Assembly (NCBI GenBank): GCA_946630405.1 | Contig: CAMOYW010000001.1 | Span: forward strand, 1-36,933 | DNA length: 36,933 bases | Source of the DNA: an uncultured Clostridia bacterium | GTDB taxonomy: Bacteria > Bacillota > Clostridia > Lachnospirales > CAG-274 | Direction of reading: 5' to 3' | In this document: piece after piece, positions 14,784-24,667 of the stretch | How the letters are laid out: each line of letters starts with the position of its first letter | How positions within the stretch are numbered: the stretch's first letter is position 1 | Notes under the pieces: model-generated | What the model saw: only the letters and a program-made list of their open reading frames with translations | Database searches by the model: none | What the model was told of the DNA's origin: nothing | Translations under genes and position numbers: made by a program

Positions 14784-15263
14784 TTATGGTCTTTCGGGTA
14801 TTATCAGCGTGTTATCGTCGATGCTAACGCCGTATGTATTTGCAATTGTGATAGTATTGCCGGATATAGTAGCCCAGGTTGCAGGAAATATGATTGTATT
14901 CCCAATGACAACGGGATAATCGAATAAGTATAAGAACTCCAAACACATATTCTCGATGTTATTCAATTCGGCACTCGTCCACGGCATCGAATACTCGTCT
15001 TTATTGATTAACGGATCGTGTGCAAAAGAAGCTCCCGAAGTATTGTAAAGATACATCAAAGCATCGTGTACCTCGTTGTAGCCCGTATCAAATAAATAAT
15101 CAGATGCGGTTTTTGTGGTAAAGTTATAAGGTTTATCGATATACCCGACATTAGTGTTATAAGCATCGTAAAGGTGATCTATGTTTCCCGTAATGCGGTT
15201 GTAATCCGCATAAGTGAAAAACTCACCCGAAGCCCAATTTGTTTTAGGTGTAATCCAAGCCAT
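14784..15263 (-). CDS. Tail fibre-associated / baseplate protein
   Basis: 159 aa. The N-terminus MAWITPKTNWASGEFFTYADYNRITGNIDHLYD is a motif common in Firmicute phage tail-fibre proteins. The call also rests on position. Confidence 0.5.
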   Translation of the reverse strand: MAWITPKTNWASGEFFTYADYNRITGNIDHLYDAYNTNVGYIDKPYNFTTKTASDYLFDTGYNEVHDALMYLYNTSGASFAHDPLINKDEYSMPWTSAELNNIENMCLEFLYLFDYPVVIGNTIIFPATWATISGNTITIANTYGVSIDDNTLIIPERP

Positions 15264-15264
15264 A

Positions 15265-17478
15265 TCAAACCCCCAATGTTACTGTATAACCCTGCTCTAA
15301 ATATGCCTGCTTTATCAGGTGACGAGCTGCTTGCTCAACATTTGCGAATGTACCAAGATACATACACTCGTCAGTAGTCCACTCTCCAGGTATCGAATGA
15401 TCTGCTATATCGGTATGCCAAGTAAGATAAGCACTATCCTTGATTGTGATAACATTACCGTTTACCCTTGTGTCGTAACCCAAATCGGGAACTTGAATTC
15501 TTGCGGAATTAGTACCGTTTGAAGGTGTTACTAACACAACATCGGTACGCCCACTCGTAGTATGGAAATAACCGACTAATGAAAAATCTACCGCACCTAT
15601 GTACTCTATGTTATTCAAATGAGCAAATCTCGCAAGCCTTGTAGAATAATTACTTGCCGATAAGCTGAATCTGCGATTACCCGTGATAGTACAAGTACCA
15701 CCGGGTATCTTATACTTAATGCCCGTAACCAAGAGTGGCACTTTCTTCTCATAAGGCGTGTCTATTTCTATCCAATCGCATACATCTATACGATAATCAG
15801 CTATCGCATCGAAAGTATAATAATCTCGGCTATTTGACACTTGTTTTACCCAATTACTACAAGATTCTAACAACGAGCTATTCGTAATAAACGGGTTGTC
15901 GATTATCATATTCTCACCCTCGGTATTGACGCTTTCCGTAACATCATTAGTAGCCTGCCTTACATGATATAACCCTAATGTATAGCGTGTAGTGCCTGAA
16001 CCGCTATAACTCGCACAATAAATCCAAAACTGAAGCTTTGCAGCTCCCGTGTCGGGATCTGTGGTATTAAGAAAAGCCCACGCCATATTCGTAGCACCGG
16101 ATAACGAGATTTCGTCAATTCTACAAATATCAGAAGTGTCGGCATTTACTTCGATCACCATACGGAAAGGTCTTGCATCTGTTGTACTCCAACGCTCATA
16201 CTTCGAGTTAGGAGCACTACCGCTTACAGTTTCCTGATAGGTTGTAGGTATAGTGTTAGTGTACTGTTTGATAGTAAGTGCTTTCAGCACGGGTTTTCTA
16301 TCAATCTTAATGCTATTCTTTTCAACTATCTCATAATTCGTAAATGTCTTTAATTCAGAAGTAGCCCTATAAACGGCTCGTGGTAAATTCCACTCCATAG
16401 GTGAAAACACAAAACCATTACCATAAATACTAACAATAATCTGATTCATTTCTTCCTTTGTAAGCAAGGATTCAAAACCACTACTATCTATACGAACTAA
16501 TCCGTTTCTTGTAGTATAAGTTTTATTTGCTACGGGATCTCCAGGATTACCCGATATTGTAGGTAAGGTATCTATATACTTGTTATCAGCACTCTTTGTG
16601 TTAGTGAAATTAAGTGTGATTTCGTGGTTTTCATATCGAGGTGTATCATTCAGATATAACACCTCGTCAAACGGAGCTTCAAAGAAGCCGTTTACATCAT
16701 AGCCCACAAGCATACGCACACTATAATCCTGCACGAACTTCGAGAATTCGCCCTGCGGATTGATAGGATCGTACTTACCTTCAGCATCGTATATCTTTGC
16801 CACTACATTAAATCTCGGCAATTCCTGCGAGTACAAATCAACAAATTCTTCAATATCTACCGACACGATGTTACTATTATCAAAGATAGCAACGGGATCT
16901 TCATTATTTTTCGATAACGGATAGTACGATATACGGCAAGCTTCCGACACATTAAACGCTAACAGATACATATTGTTATTAGCCGTAAACTCTACGGTTA
17001 TAAAATCTGTCATTGTCGTACCGTCAATCATTACTTTCTGCGGTGTTTCAGCAAAACCGCCCTGGTGATCGGTTACACCAAACATGATAGTAAGCCTATC
17101 ACAATGTATCGGGGCTACCTTCAGATAAACTTTGCCTGCATATGTATTTATACTGACATTATCCTGAATAGCCACATCTACATTAGGCGTAAGCGGTTTG
17201 GTAATAAAACAGTTATTACCCGTAGCCGATTCATAACCCGCACAAGCGTACGAAGCATCGTCTACCTTCCAACCGAATGTATCAAGCGTTGCAAATCGCC
17301 TATAATTAGGAGCGGAAGGTGCTTCAAACCCCCTCATAAGTGCGGTATCTACATTGTTAGGTGAACCCAACGAAAAATAGCCCTCGTCTATCGCTTCACG
17401 GAAGCGTACTTGTGTAGCAGGTTTTAAGGCTCTCTGCATTAAAGCCTTATACTGTAAACTTGCTTTACGCACTATCAA
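15265..17478 (-). CDS. Large tail-tip/baseplate protein (Tal position)
   Basis: A 737-aa ORF two genes downstream of the tape measure. The call rests on synteny only. Confidence 0.5.
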   Translation of the reverse strand: MIVRKASLQYKALMQRALKPATQVRFREAIDEGYFSLGSPNNVDTALMRGFEAPSAPNYRRFATLDTFGWKVDDASYACAGYESATGNNCFITKPLTPNVDVAIQDNVSINTYAGKVYLKVAPIHCDRLTIMFGVTDHQGGFAETPQKVMIDGTTMTDFITVEFTANNNMYLLAFNVSEACRISYYPLSKNNEDPVAIFDNSNIVSVDIEEFVDLYSQELPRFNVVAKIYDAEGKYDPINPQGEFSKFVQDYSVRMLVGYDVNGFFEAPFDEVLYLNDTPRYENHEITLNFTNTKSADNKYIDTLPTISGNPGDPVANKTYTTRNGLVRIDSSGFESLLTKEEMNQIIVSIYGNGFVFSPMEWNLPRAVYRATSELKTFTNYEIVEKNSIKIDRKPVLKALTIKQYTNTIPTTYQETVSGSAPNSKYERWSTTDARPFRMVIEVNADTSDICRIDEISLSGATNMAWAFLNTTDPDTGAAKLQFWIYCASYSGSGTTRYTLGLYHVRQATNDVTESVNTEGENMIIDNPFITNSSLLESCSNWVKQVSNSRDYYTFDAIADYRIDVCDWIEIDTPYEKKVPLLVTGIKYKIPGGTCTITGNRRFSLSASNYSTRLARFAHLNNIEYIGAVDFSLVGYFHTTSGRTDVVLVTPSNGTNSARIQVPDLGYDTRVNGNVITIKDSAYLTWHTDIADHSIPGEWTTDECMYLGTFANVEQAARHLIKQAYLEQGYTVTLGV

Positions 17479-17882
17479 TCACCCCCTACACCGATTACAT
17501 TTGCCTGGCAATCAAGCCAATACTTCGGTACGCCCGTATCGGGATCTACGAGAAACGGTTGAGCACTCCTATCGCCTACATAAAATGTCCTCGTAGAAAA
17601 GTTACCCGTAACCATATCGTAATACTCGCACGAAAAGGTGAAGTGCTTATCGAAGAACGCACACAATGCACTCCAAGTAGCAGGTGTAAGCACTCGCCAC
17701 TTCAGCTCTACCTTCGCTACCGTGCCTATTACCTCGCCCCTCATAACACCGTCAGCCGTTCGTGCCTGATTTACCATTGTACTCTGTATCTGCTTGCCTG
17801 AAGCATTAGACGGGTACGGTAGTGTGATGCTATCGTTGCCTGCGGTAAGCTTAATAAACTTTCCATTCTTTTCTACGCCCAT
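17475..17882 (-). CDS. Distal tail protein candidate (Dit position, short)
   Basis: 135 aa, immediately after the tape measure, with a 4-nt overlap with the next gene. Confidence 0.45.
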   Translation of the reverse strand: MGVEKNGKFIKLTAGNDSITLPYPSNASGKQIQSTMVNQARTADGVMRGEVIGTVAKVELKWRVLTPATWSALCAFFDKHFTFSCEYYDMVTGNFSTRTFYVGDRSAQPFLVDPDTGVPKYWLDCQANVIGVGGD

Positions 17883-17887
17883 AGTAT

Positions 17888-20755
17888 TTAACCTCCGAAC
17901 CCGTTATTGCTCATTTGATAGCCCCTTGCTCTACCTTCAGCCTGCATCGAAGAATAAAGCTCTCTACCGTCAAGCATGATCTTGAATTCGTGTGTCCTAT
18001 CCTCGCTACTCAAAGCATTAGCAACCGCTTCGTAGATACCTACGGCCATATTACCGAACGAACTATCAGCCGTTGCTTGTACGGAAGCGGAAACTTCCTG
18101 ATTGATAGCCGGAAGCGAGAAGTTACCAGGATTGAGGGCTATGTTAGATACGCTATCCGTAACCGTTCTCGCCCAATTATCCATTACCTTCAGCGTTTCG
18201 CTTTCTTCGCTCGTTATACCGATATTGAAACCCTCGATTACAAAAGAACCCATTTCTTCAGCCCACTTTGAAGGTGAATGTATCTGAAATATGTTCTTTA
18301 AGGTGTCTTTAACGGTATTAGATGCTTCTCGTACCGAATCCTTCAAGTGGTTAAACGATGCAGGGCTATGTATGCCTTCTGCCATACCATTAGTGATGTG
18401 CTCACCGATAGCGTGGAATGTACTGTAATTACCGTTATTACTTGCACCGCTTGCAGCGTTGTTATACAGATTTGCACCTGCACTACGAGCTTCACCGCCA
18501 CGGTCAAAGATACCCTGATTAAACGAATATCCTATCCAATGTCCTACATTAGTGAACTCGTTGTAGTGTCCGTTATTGCTTATACCGTTTACGGCGGTGT
18601 TATATATGTCGTGGCAAGCGACTTCAACCTCGTTGTGCATACCACGAATTCCGTTCCTAAACGATACGACTACCTGATGCCCTATCGTACTAAAATGTCC
18701 GTACTCTCCGTTATTGCTTATACCGTGAAGCACCACATCGTGAAGCTCTACCGATGCGTTGTGAAGATCACCCCTTCTCGCTAAAAGGCCGTTGTGAATA
18801 AAAAGGCTTACGCTATTACCAATCTTCTCAAAGCCTGGCATATCAGATGTGAACGGTGATGTAATAGCACTCTTAATGTCCGTGATAGCATCGTCAAACT
18901 TCGGCTTTGTAGAATGTAATGCTTCTGCAAAAGCGTGTCCTACTTCTTCACCATGAACGCCTATCTTTGCGGTATCTACTAACTCGTCAAGGGCTTCGTT
19001 AAACTTGTTAGTCTGCGACTTCATACCGGATATGAAGCCACTAAACCACTTCTTACCTGCGTTAGCACTACCGCCACCGCCACTATGAGGGCCGAACGGA
19101 TTTTTATTATCCGTTTCAAACGGTGCAAACCAAGAACCGACGGTGCTATTTTTAAAAGCCGCTAATGCCGTCGGGCCGTATTCTTCGGCTTTTTTGCCAA
19201 CTTCCTGAAAACCAAGCCCAAACCACTTGAATACCAACTCGCCCCAAGACTTGTCGGCATCGCCGTTAGCTACGATAGCTGCACCTAATTCTTCAGGTGA
19301 TGCACCAAAGACACCTTCCCAAAACTTTGAGCCTAATGTCATTCCACCACGAATCATAATATCCCAAATGGAATGATCTTTGAAAACCTTTTCGAGATTT
19401 TCCTTAATCTCCTTCGCCTGATTTTTAATACCCTCACCGAAGAAGTCATATCCAGGAAGATTGAAACTTAAACCCGAAGAATAAGCCTTATCAAGCCCAC
19501 TACCTCTACCGCTTGTACCGTCGTCAGGATTGAGTACATTAAGCTCGTCTATACCTATCAGGTAATCTTTGAGCTTCTTTGCACTACCTGCCGCACTACC
19601 CATGTCGTCGGCAATATTGTCGTAAGCATCGGTTACATCACTATCAATCCACGCTCTATCGCTCATATCGGGTAATTCGTACCCTGCAAGTGCTGCAAGA
19701 TAGTTTAACCACTCTTTGAGCATCATAGCACCTGCTTGCAGATACGGAAGAACCTGATTGAGTACGGGAATGAATACATTACCCAATGCTCTTGAAGTCT
19801 GTACTAACTGTGCTTTGAATATACGAAGCTGATTTGCAGGATCGTTAAGTGAACGAGCAAGGTCTTGCTGCGTCCACGGAACTTGCTTCATAAGTGCAAT
19901 ATAACGAAGCTGCACCTTTTCAGCCTGCGTCATATCGTTGTAGTTTGCTATTACCGCATTACTGTTACTCTCGTAAGCTTCCGTGTTAGCTTCAATAGCT
20001 CCCGTCTGCTCGTTTATCGAGTAAGTCATTGTAGCGTAGTTAGAGGGATCTTGTGCCATTTGTGTAAGACGGCTCTGTGATAAGTCATAACCTACTCGTC
20101 TTACCGGCTCTAACTCGCCTGCAATAGCACTATTCAGCTTCTGCATAGCTTCTTCGATAGTGATGTTATCGAGTGAAGCCATATCGTAAGCCAACTGTGT
20201 TACATTTTGGCTCATATAAGCGGCTGCATCTGCACCGACACCAAAACCCTTGATAACGGTGTTGAACATAGCCTGATTACGCATGAATTCTGCAGGATCT
20301 ATACCAAGTGCCTCACCTGCATACTCTGCGTACTTCTTTGCATTATCGGCATACTCACCCATAGATACGGTAAACAGATTGAGTGTTTCCGTATAGTTCA
20401 TGCTCTCTAATATGCCGTTGCTGATAAGGGTTGCAAACTTACGAAGTCCTACTAAAAGTGCCGTCAGCTTGATAGCCGTTGTGCCTACCTTCGTAGCCAT
20501 TTTATCGAAGCCTTTTGCGGATTTTTCAGCAGCTTCACCCGACTTTCTGATTTTTACATCTATGTCGGTGCTCCCCTTACCTACCTCTTTCAAGGTAGCT
20601 TTGAGATTTTTCAGTTCGGAAGTCAATTCTCTAACATTCCCTGCTCCCGTTTTCAGCGACTTCAGGGATCTAACAAGTTTATCTAAACCTTTTGTATCTA
20701 CATTTGACGATACATTCAGCTTGATAGCATCTATATTCTGTTCGCTCATAATCAA
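17888..20755 (-). CDS. Tail tape measure protein
   Basis: 955 aa, helical and Ala/Gly-rich, with a hydrophobic segment (TTAIKLTALLVGL). It follows the chaperone pair and has C-terminal internal repeats. Confidence 0.9.
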   Translation of the reverse strand: MIMSEQNIDAIKLNVSSNVDTKGLDKLVRSLKSLKTGAGNVRELTSELKNLKATLKEVGKGSTDIDVKIRKSGEAAEKSAKGFDKMATKVGTTAIKLTALLVGLRKFATLISNGILESMNYTETLNLFTVSMGEYADNAKKYAEYAGEALGIDPAEFMRNQAMFNTVIKGFGVGADAAAYMSQNVTQLAYDMASLDNITIEEAMQKLNSAIAGELEPVRRVGYDLSQSRLTQMAQDPSNYATMTYSINEQTGAIEANTEAYESNSNAVIANYNDMTQAEKVQLRYIALMKQVPWTQQDLARSLNDPANQLRIFKAQLVQTSRALGNVFIPVLNQVLPYLQAGAMMLKEWLNYLAALAGYELPDMSDRAWIDSDVTDAYDNIADDMGSAAGSAKKLKDYLIGIDELNVLNPDDGTSGRGSGLDKAYSSGLSFNLPGYDFFGEGIKNQAKEIKENLEKVFKDHSIWDIMIRGGMTLGSKFWEGVFGASPEELGAAIVANGDADKSWGELVFKWFGLGFQEVGKKAEEYGPTALAAFKNSTVGSWFAPFETDNKNPFGPHSGGGGSANAGKKWFSGFISGMKSQTNKFNEALDELVDTAKIGVHGEEVGHAFAEALHSTKPKFDDAITDIKSAITSPFTSDMPGFEKIGNSVSLFIHNGLLARRGDLHNASVELHDVVLHGISNNGEYGHFSTIGHQVVVSFRNGIRGMHNEVEVACHDIYNTAVNGISNNGHYNEFTNVGHWIGYSFNQGIFDRGGEARSAGANLYNNAASGASNNGNYSTFHAIGEHITNGMAEGIHSPASFNHLKDSVREASNTVKDTLKNIFQIHSPSKWAEEMGSFVIEGFNIGITSEESETLKVMDNWARTVTDSVSNIALNPGNFSLPAINQEVSASVQATADSSFGNMAVGIYEAVANALSSEDRTHEFKIMLDGRELYSSMQAEGRARGYQMSNNGFGG
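18350..18770 (-). repeat. Three ~46-aa (~138-nt) tandem repeats in the tape-measure C-terminal region
   Basis: The repeats are GISNNGEYGHFSTIGH, GISNNGHYNEFTNVGH and GASNNGNYSTFHAIGE. Their DNA cores lie near 18701-18735, 18566-18595 and 18425-18455. Confidence 0.8.
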
Positions 20756-21198
20756 CCTCCGAAGCGGTTATTTATCAAAGTCATTAAGCCCCTCATGTGG
20801 TCTAATGCTGCTTCCGTTCCGGCTTTATCTTTCTTACTCTCCGTACCCTCTTTCTCACCGCTTATGTCATACGGCTCTTTGAGATAAGGTACGACTTTAG
20901 GCTTCTTCGCAAACGGCTGCATTAGCGGTGTTAGCCTGCTTATTGCATCGTAGATGTATGCTCCTTGTAGCCACATCTCCATATTGCGATTTTCTAACTT
21001 CGTCTTATATGCCTTACGATATGCTCTTACCAGGTTAGGATCGCCGTTGTAAAACTCGTCATAGGTCATTCCCATAACAAGGTAATCGGCAAAGTATTCT
21101 TCAAACATATCTCGGTAGGAAGCGAAGGCTTTGATGTTATCGCCACCCCCGCCCATTACCGAATAGGACGGTAGCGAAGTTATGTTTTCACCGTCCAC
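20752..21198 (-). CDS. Tail assembly chaperone -1 frameshift extension (gpT-like)
   Basis: This frame is -1 relative to 21180-21500. It has no convincing independent start (the track start is a GTG). It overlaps the tape measure start by 4 nt. Confidence 0.65.
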   Translation of the reverse strand: MDGENITSLPSYSVMGGGGDNIKAFASYRDMFEEYFADYLVMGMTYDEFYNGDPNLVRAYRKAYKTKLENRNMEMWLQGAYIYDAISRLTPLMQPFAKKPKVVPYLKEPYDISGEKEGTESKKDKAGTEAALDHMRGLMTLINNRFGG

Positions 21199-21500
21199 TT
21201 TATTGCGTTTTTTGAGTGTTCCTCATTCTCGATAAGGGGCTTAATAGCGTCCATGTAAAGCCTGCCTAATGCGGTAAGCAATCCGTCTTTGTCGATGTTA
21301 GTAAGGATCTCGTCAACTTCTGCAATAGTAAGTGTACGGTGATGTGCAAGGAAAGCACCCCTAAACAGTAAGGTAAGTGATGTAACGGGGGCTGAATCAA
21401 TCTTATCCATATCAAAGCCCATACGCTCCGTTTCCATTACTGTATTACGGGTGAATTCCAGGGTATATTCGTTGTCCTTGTAAGTAAAAATAAGTGCCAT
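21180..21500 (-). CDS. Tail assembly chaperone (gpG-like)
   Basis: 106 aa, between the major tail and tape measure genes. A slippery heptamer lies near its 3' end. Confidence 0.7.
   Translation of the reverse strand: MALIFTYKDNEYTLEFTRNTVMETERMGFDMDKIDSAPVTSLTLLFRGAFLAHHRTLTIAEVDEILTNIDKDGLLTALGRLYMDAIKPLIENEEHSKNAIKWTVKT
21207..21213 (-). promoter_or_regulatory. Programmed -1 frameshift slippery site A_AAA_AAC
   Basis: The minus strand reads CAC TCA AAA AAC GCA in the zero frame (a codon starts at 21212). Shifting -1 gives KKRNKVDGENITS..., which enters the 20752-21198 frame. Confidence 0.65.
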
Positions 21501-21533
21501 GATTAGTTACCGTCCTATTCGATAATAATGTCT

Positions 21534-21965
21534 TTAAGATGCTGCAAATGTGATAGGTGTGGAAGGAATGATACCTACGGTCATATCCTGAACCTCGTCT
21601 GTACCTGCACCGTTCTTTGTAGCATAAGCGTAGCCCTTGAATGAGAACTTACCCTTGCTTCCGTCGGGTGCGAGCGGCGTACCGGAAGCTCCAATCCATA
21701 CCGCATAATACTTCTCAACACCTTCGAGTGCTTCAACGGCTGCGAAGTCTGCGGCGGTGTAGTTAGCACCGAATTCGAGTGCATCTCCAGGATCTTTAAG
21801 TCCAGGAATGTAAGTCTTCATCTCATCTGAGAGCGTCGTCGTTTCTAAATTATTGGGCCCCTGCATCAGATCTGGAAAGCTCTTAATCGGCAGCAGGTTA
21901 GTATAGGTGCTACCGTCGTCAGAGGTCATAAGATAAGTCTGATAAGTATTGATTGCCATAATCAA
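21534..21965 (-). CDS. Major tail protein
   Basis: 143 aa, TP901-1-like in size and position, directly upstream of the chaperone pair. Confidence 0.7.
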   Translation of the reverse strand: MIMAINTYQTYLMTSDDGSTYTNLLPIKSFPDLMQGPNNLETTTLSDEMKTYIPGLKDPGDALEFGANYTAADFAAVEALEGVEKYYAVWIGASGTPLAPDGSKGKFSFKGYAYATKNGAGTDEVQDMTVGIIPSTPITFAAS

Positions 21966-21970
21966 TTACC

Positions 21971-22387
21971 TCACTTTCTGAAATAAATGTTTTTATTGCT
22001 ATCCACCGTTGCGGTGAATTCTGCCGTTATTCTGTAAACCGTAGCGTTATTTATATCGCTCGTAGGTCTACATGAAACTTGACGGAAATTGTGCGAAAGA
22101 AGTGCTCCACGAACGATGTTCATTATGCCTTCTGCTTCGGCCTGCTTTCCGTTTACCTGATTACTCCAAACATCTACCCTTAAAGTAATGTCGTGAAAAT
22201 TATCCTCGCCGGAACTATCACGCATACTTTGAGTAGTGCCGTTGTCAGATAAGACAACTCCCAAACAAGGGAACTTTGAAGGTGCGGCTATCGTTGCATT
22301 AGTGATAGTGCAATCCGTATACACCGCACGCACGGCGGTAAATGTCATGGTCTGTATTTCCTGCTCGATTGCAAAAATGTCTATCAT
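21971..22387 (-). CDS. Tail terminator / neck protein
   Basis: 138 aa, between the gp10-like protein and the major tail protein. Its start forms an ATGA overlap with the upstream gene. The call rests on synteny. Confidence 0.5.
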   Translation of the reverse strand: MIDIFAIEQEIQTMTFTAVRAVYTDCTITNATIAAPSKFPCLGVVLSDNGTTQSMRDSSGEDNFHDITLRVDVWSNQVNGKQAEAEGIMNIVRGALLSHNFRQVSCRPTSDINNATVYRITAEFTATVDSNKNIYFRK

Positions 22388-22941
22388 ACCGTTTCAAATA
22401 CCTCTCGTACTATGTTCGGGATCTCTCCCTTCAACATCTCCAATCCGTGATAGATAGCATTACTTTCGGGTGTACCCGTTGACGAATACCCCGAAGCAAA
22501 AAACCACCTATCGTTTAAGCCCAACCCTTTACCGAATGAACCTCGCATCGTGGAGATGTTAAGTCCTAAAGGGTTACTACCGCTTGCGTATCGTCCTGCT
22601 CCGAATTCCACAAATGCTATATCAGGTTGCATAGCACCCGTTTTCGGGTTAGACGAATAACTTGATACCGATACAACGGAAGCGTCGCCCATAGGCGTTA
22701 CCGTTACGCTTATCGAAGAAGATACATTTACCTTCTCGTAAGTGCCTTTACCGATATACTTTTCTACCTGATCGTGCTTCGCTATTATCAAGTTAGCCCT
22801 AATCAGTACCGCAAGCCGTTCGGTTATCTTATCTTGTACTTCTTTAACAAGTGTAGGTACGAGTGCGGTGTAGGCTTCAATCTCACGAATTGCAGCATCT
22901 AATGATTTCTCTGATAAAAAATCAATAGATATTTCCTTCAC
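22384..22941 (-). CDS. HK97 gp10-like neck/tail-completion protein
   Basis: 185 aa. It has a FVEFGAG motif and a helical N-terminus, as in gp10-family proteins. Confidence 0.5.
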   Translation of the reverse strand: MKEISIDFLSEKSLDAAIREIEAYTALVPTLVKEVQDKITERLAVLIRANLIIAKHDQVEKYIGKGTYEKVNVSSSISVTVTPMGDASVVSVSSYSSNPKTGAMQPDIAFVEFGAGRYASGSNPLGLNISTMRGSFGKGLGLNDRWFFASGYSSTGTPESNAIYHGLEMLKGEIPNIVREVFETV

Positions 22942-23315
22942 GATACATCAACCTTCCTTATCGCTACTACTACGAACCCCGTAAGCGACTTGCCAACCTT
23001 CGTTACCACATAGTCATAAGGTGTGTCTGTACTCTCGTCCGGTTTGATTTCAGGGAGCGTGTCTACCCAAAGAACCGAACCGACTTCGAGATAATCTTCA
23101 CCTGGGTTAAGGGTAACTACCTTGTCGTATCGCTCGTCAGCACCGAATAACTGTGTTTCAGCTTCGCCGTTAGCTGCCGTGATAACGCCCTCTTTTTTAG
23201 TTGGATTATCGTATTCATAGGTAAGCTCCGTATACATATCACCACTTGTACCCATATCAGCAGATACAAGGGAAGCGTAGTAAAAGGATTGCCTATTACG
23301 AAGCATCGTTCTCAT
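22938..23315 (-). CDS. Head closure / head-tail adaptor protein
   Basis: The start is set at the ATG at 23315, with GGAGG 6 nt upstream. The track start at 23342 lacks an SD. The call rests on synteny. Confidence 0.5.
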   Translation of the reverse strand: MRTMLRNRQSFYYASLVSADMGTSGDMYTELTYEYDNPTKKEGVITAANGEAETQLFGADERYDKVVTLNPGEDYLEVGSVLWVDTLPEIKPDESTDTPYDYVVTKVGKSLTGFVVVAIRKVDVS

Positions 23316-23649
23316 TATCAGCCTCCACGCCAAAACCACCAACCTTCGGTGTGATCCTGCACTTTAAGCTCGTAGGAATATCCCCACTCTCGAATACACG
23401 GTTTATACCGCCTTCTGAATGTGATGTTTCACCTTCTGCTCCACGCTTGTTAAGGAAATAAGCGGCAATCTCAATCTGCTCGTAGTCGTACTTTGACGGT
23501 AGCACTTCGCTACCGTCGCCGTACGGGAAAGCCAACTGTATGATTGCCTTTTCAGCAGCCGTAAGATAAGTGTTATAAATGTCGTCCGATGTGGTATCGG
23601 TAGAATCAAGCATCTGTCTTAATTTTGCCAACTTTTCAGCGTCCGTCAT
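23296..23649 (-). CDS. gp6-like head-tail connector protein
   Basis: 117 aa. The N-terminus MTDAEKLAKLRQMLDSTDTTSDDIYNTYLTAAEKAII is typical of the phage gp6-like connector family. Confidence 0.65.
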   Translation of the reverse strand: MTDAEKLAKLRQMLDSTDTTSDDIYNTYLTAAEKAIIQLAFPYGDGSEVLPSKYDYEQIEIAAYFLNKRGAEGETSHSEGGINRVFESGDIPTSLKCRITPKVGGFGVEADNENDAS

Positions 23650-23666
23650 AGTAACACTCCTTCTTC

Positions 23667-23801
23667 TTACGCTTCAGGCTTTTCAGCCTTCTTTGTCTTT
23701 GTAGCCTTCTTCTCGACTTCAGGCTTTACTACGGGTGTAACATCGGCAAGCTTCGTTACCTTCTTGCCACCCAAATCGTGTCTGCGAACAAGCATACCCA
23801 T
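23667..23801 (-). CDS. Possible 44-aa Lys-rich protein after the capsid gene
   Basis: Hand translation gives MGMLVRRHDLGGKKVTKLADVTPVVKPEVEKKATKTKKAEKPEA. The SD is weak, so this is low confidence. Confidence 0.3.
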   Translation of the reverse strand: MGMLVRRHDLGGKKVTKLADVTPVVKPEVEKKATKTKKAEKPEA

Positions 23802-23813
23802 AAGCGTTACCTA

Positions 23814-24653
23814 TCACTTAACAACGATCTTGATAGCCTTTGAACTATCGTAGAGATAAGGTGCGAAGTGCTTATCAGCCGTAATAACTGTAGACTTGTT
23901 GATAATATCTCTTTCGCTCTCTACGAGAGTATTACGCTTTGTGAAGATACGAAGTGCTCCAGGCTTAACGATGTAAGCGTTCTCCTTGCTTGAAGCTTCC
24001 TTCAGCTTGTTAGAGATAACAACCTGGCAACCCTGTACCATACCGACAACGCCCCTGATAGCAATATCTGCGGCAACATCGGAAGCAGGAAGCCAAGCGG
24101 CACTCTTACGAAGTGTGGTGTACTGTTTAGGTGAGATAAGAAGTACCTTAACTCCACCCTCGTCAATGTCCTCACCAAAGAGTTCAAGGGCATCTGCTAT
24201 ATCTGCAAAAGCGAGTGTGCCTGCGGTAGCTGCGGTGTGTACCATAGGTGATGTGATACCCGAAAGTACATTAAGTGTGAGATTATCTACCTCGGAAGCG
24301 ATAGAAAGTGAAAGCTGCTTTGCTGCTTCGCCCATAGGATCGCCGTAACCGGAAAGAACCGCCTCGTCTGTAATCTGAACACCATTACCAACCTTGAAGA
24401 TTGTTACGGGTGTTGCGGAACTCGTAAGCTGCTGAATCGGAATGTCTGCACCTTCGGCTACGATTGATGCGTCTGTAATGTAAGTATAGCTCGGAAGCGA
24501 TATCTGCGAGCCGGCTCTACCTTCAAGAGTAGTGTCGATAGTAGCGAGGGGTGCGAATCTCATAAAATCGACAAGCTTCTTGTCGATCATGTCTGCCATT
24601 ACCTGCGGATTTACCAGGTTAGTAAGCATTGTAGCGTTAGGATCAAGTGCCAT
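23814..24653 (-). CDS. Major capsid protein (HK97 fold)
   Basis: 279 aa, directly after the scaffolding gene, with AAAGGAGAAATG upstream. The N-terminus MALDPNATMLTNLVNPQVMADMIDKKL is typical of Firmicute siphovirus major capsid proteins. Confidence 0.8.
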   Translation of the reverse strand: MALDPNATMLTNLVNPQVMADMIDKKLVDFMRFAPLATIDTTLEGRAGSQISLPSYTYITDASIVAEGADIPIQQLTSSATPVTIFKVGNGVQITDEAVLSGYGDPMGEAAKQLSLSIASEVDNLTLNVLSGITSPMVHTAATAGTLAFADIADALELFGEDIDEGGVKVLLISPKQYTTLRKSAAWLPASDVAADIAIRGVVGMVQGCQVVISNKLKEASSKENAYIVKPGALRIFTKRNTLVESERDIINKSTVITADKHFAPYLYDSSKAIKIVVK

Positions 24654-24667
24654 TTTTCATTTCTCCT

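Noticed and set aside
15265-20755. Diversity-generating retroelement or hypervariable target in the tail genes
   Set aside because: There is no reverse transcriptase anywhere in the window, and no template/variable repeat pair. The tape-measure repeats are ordinary in-frame protein repeats.
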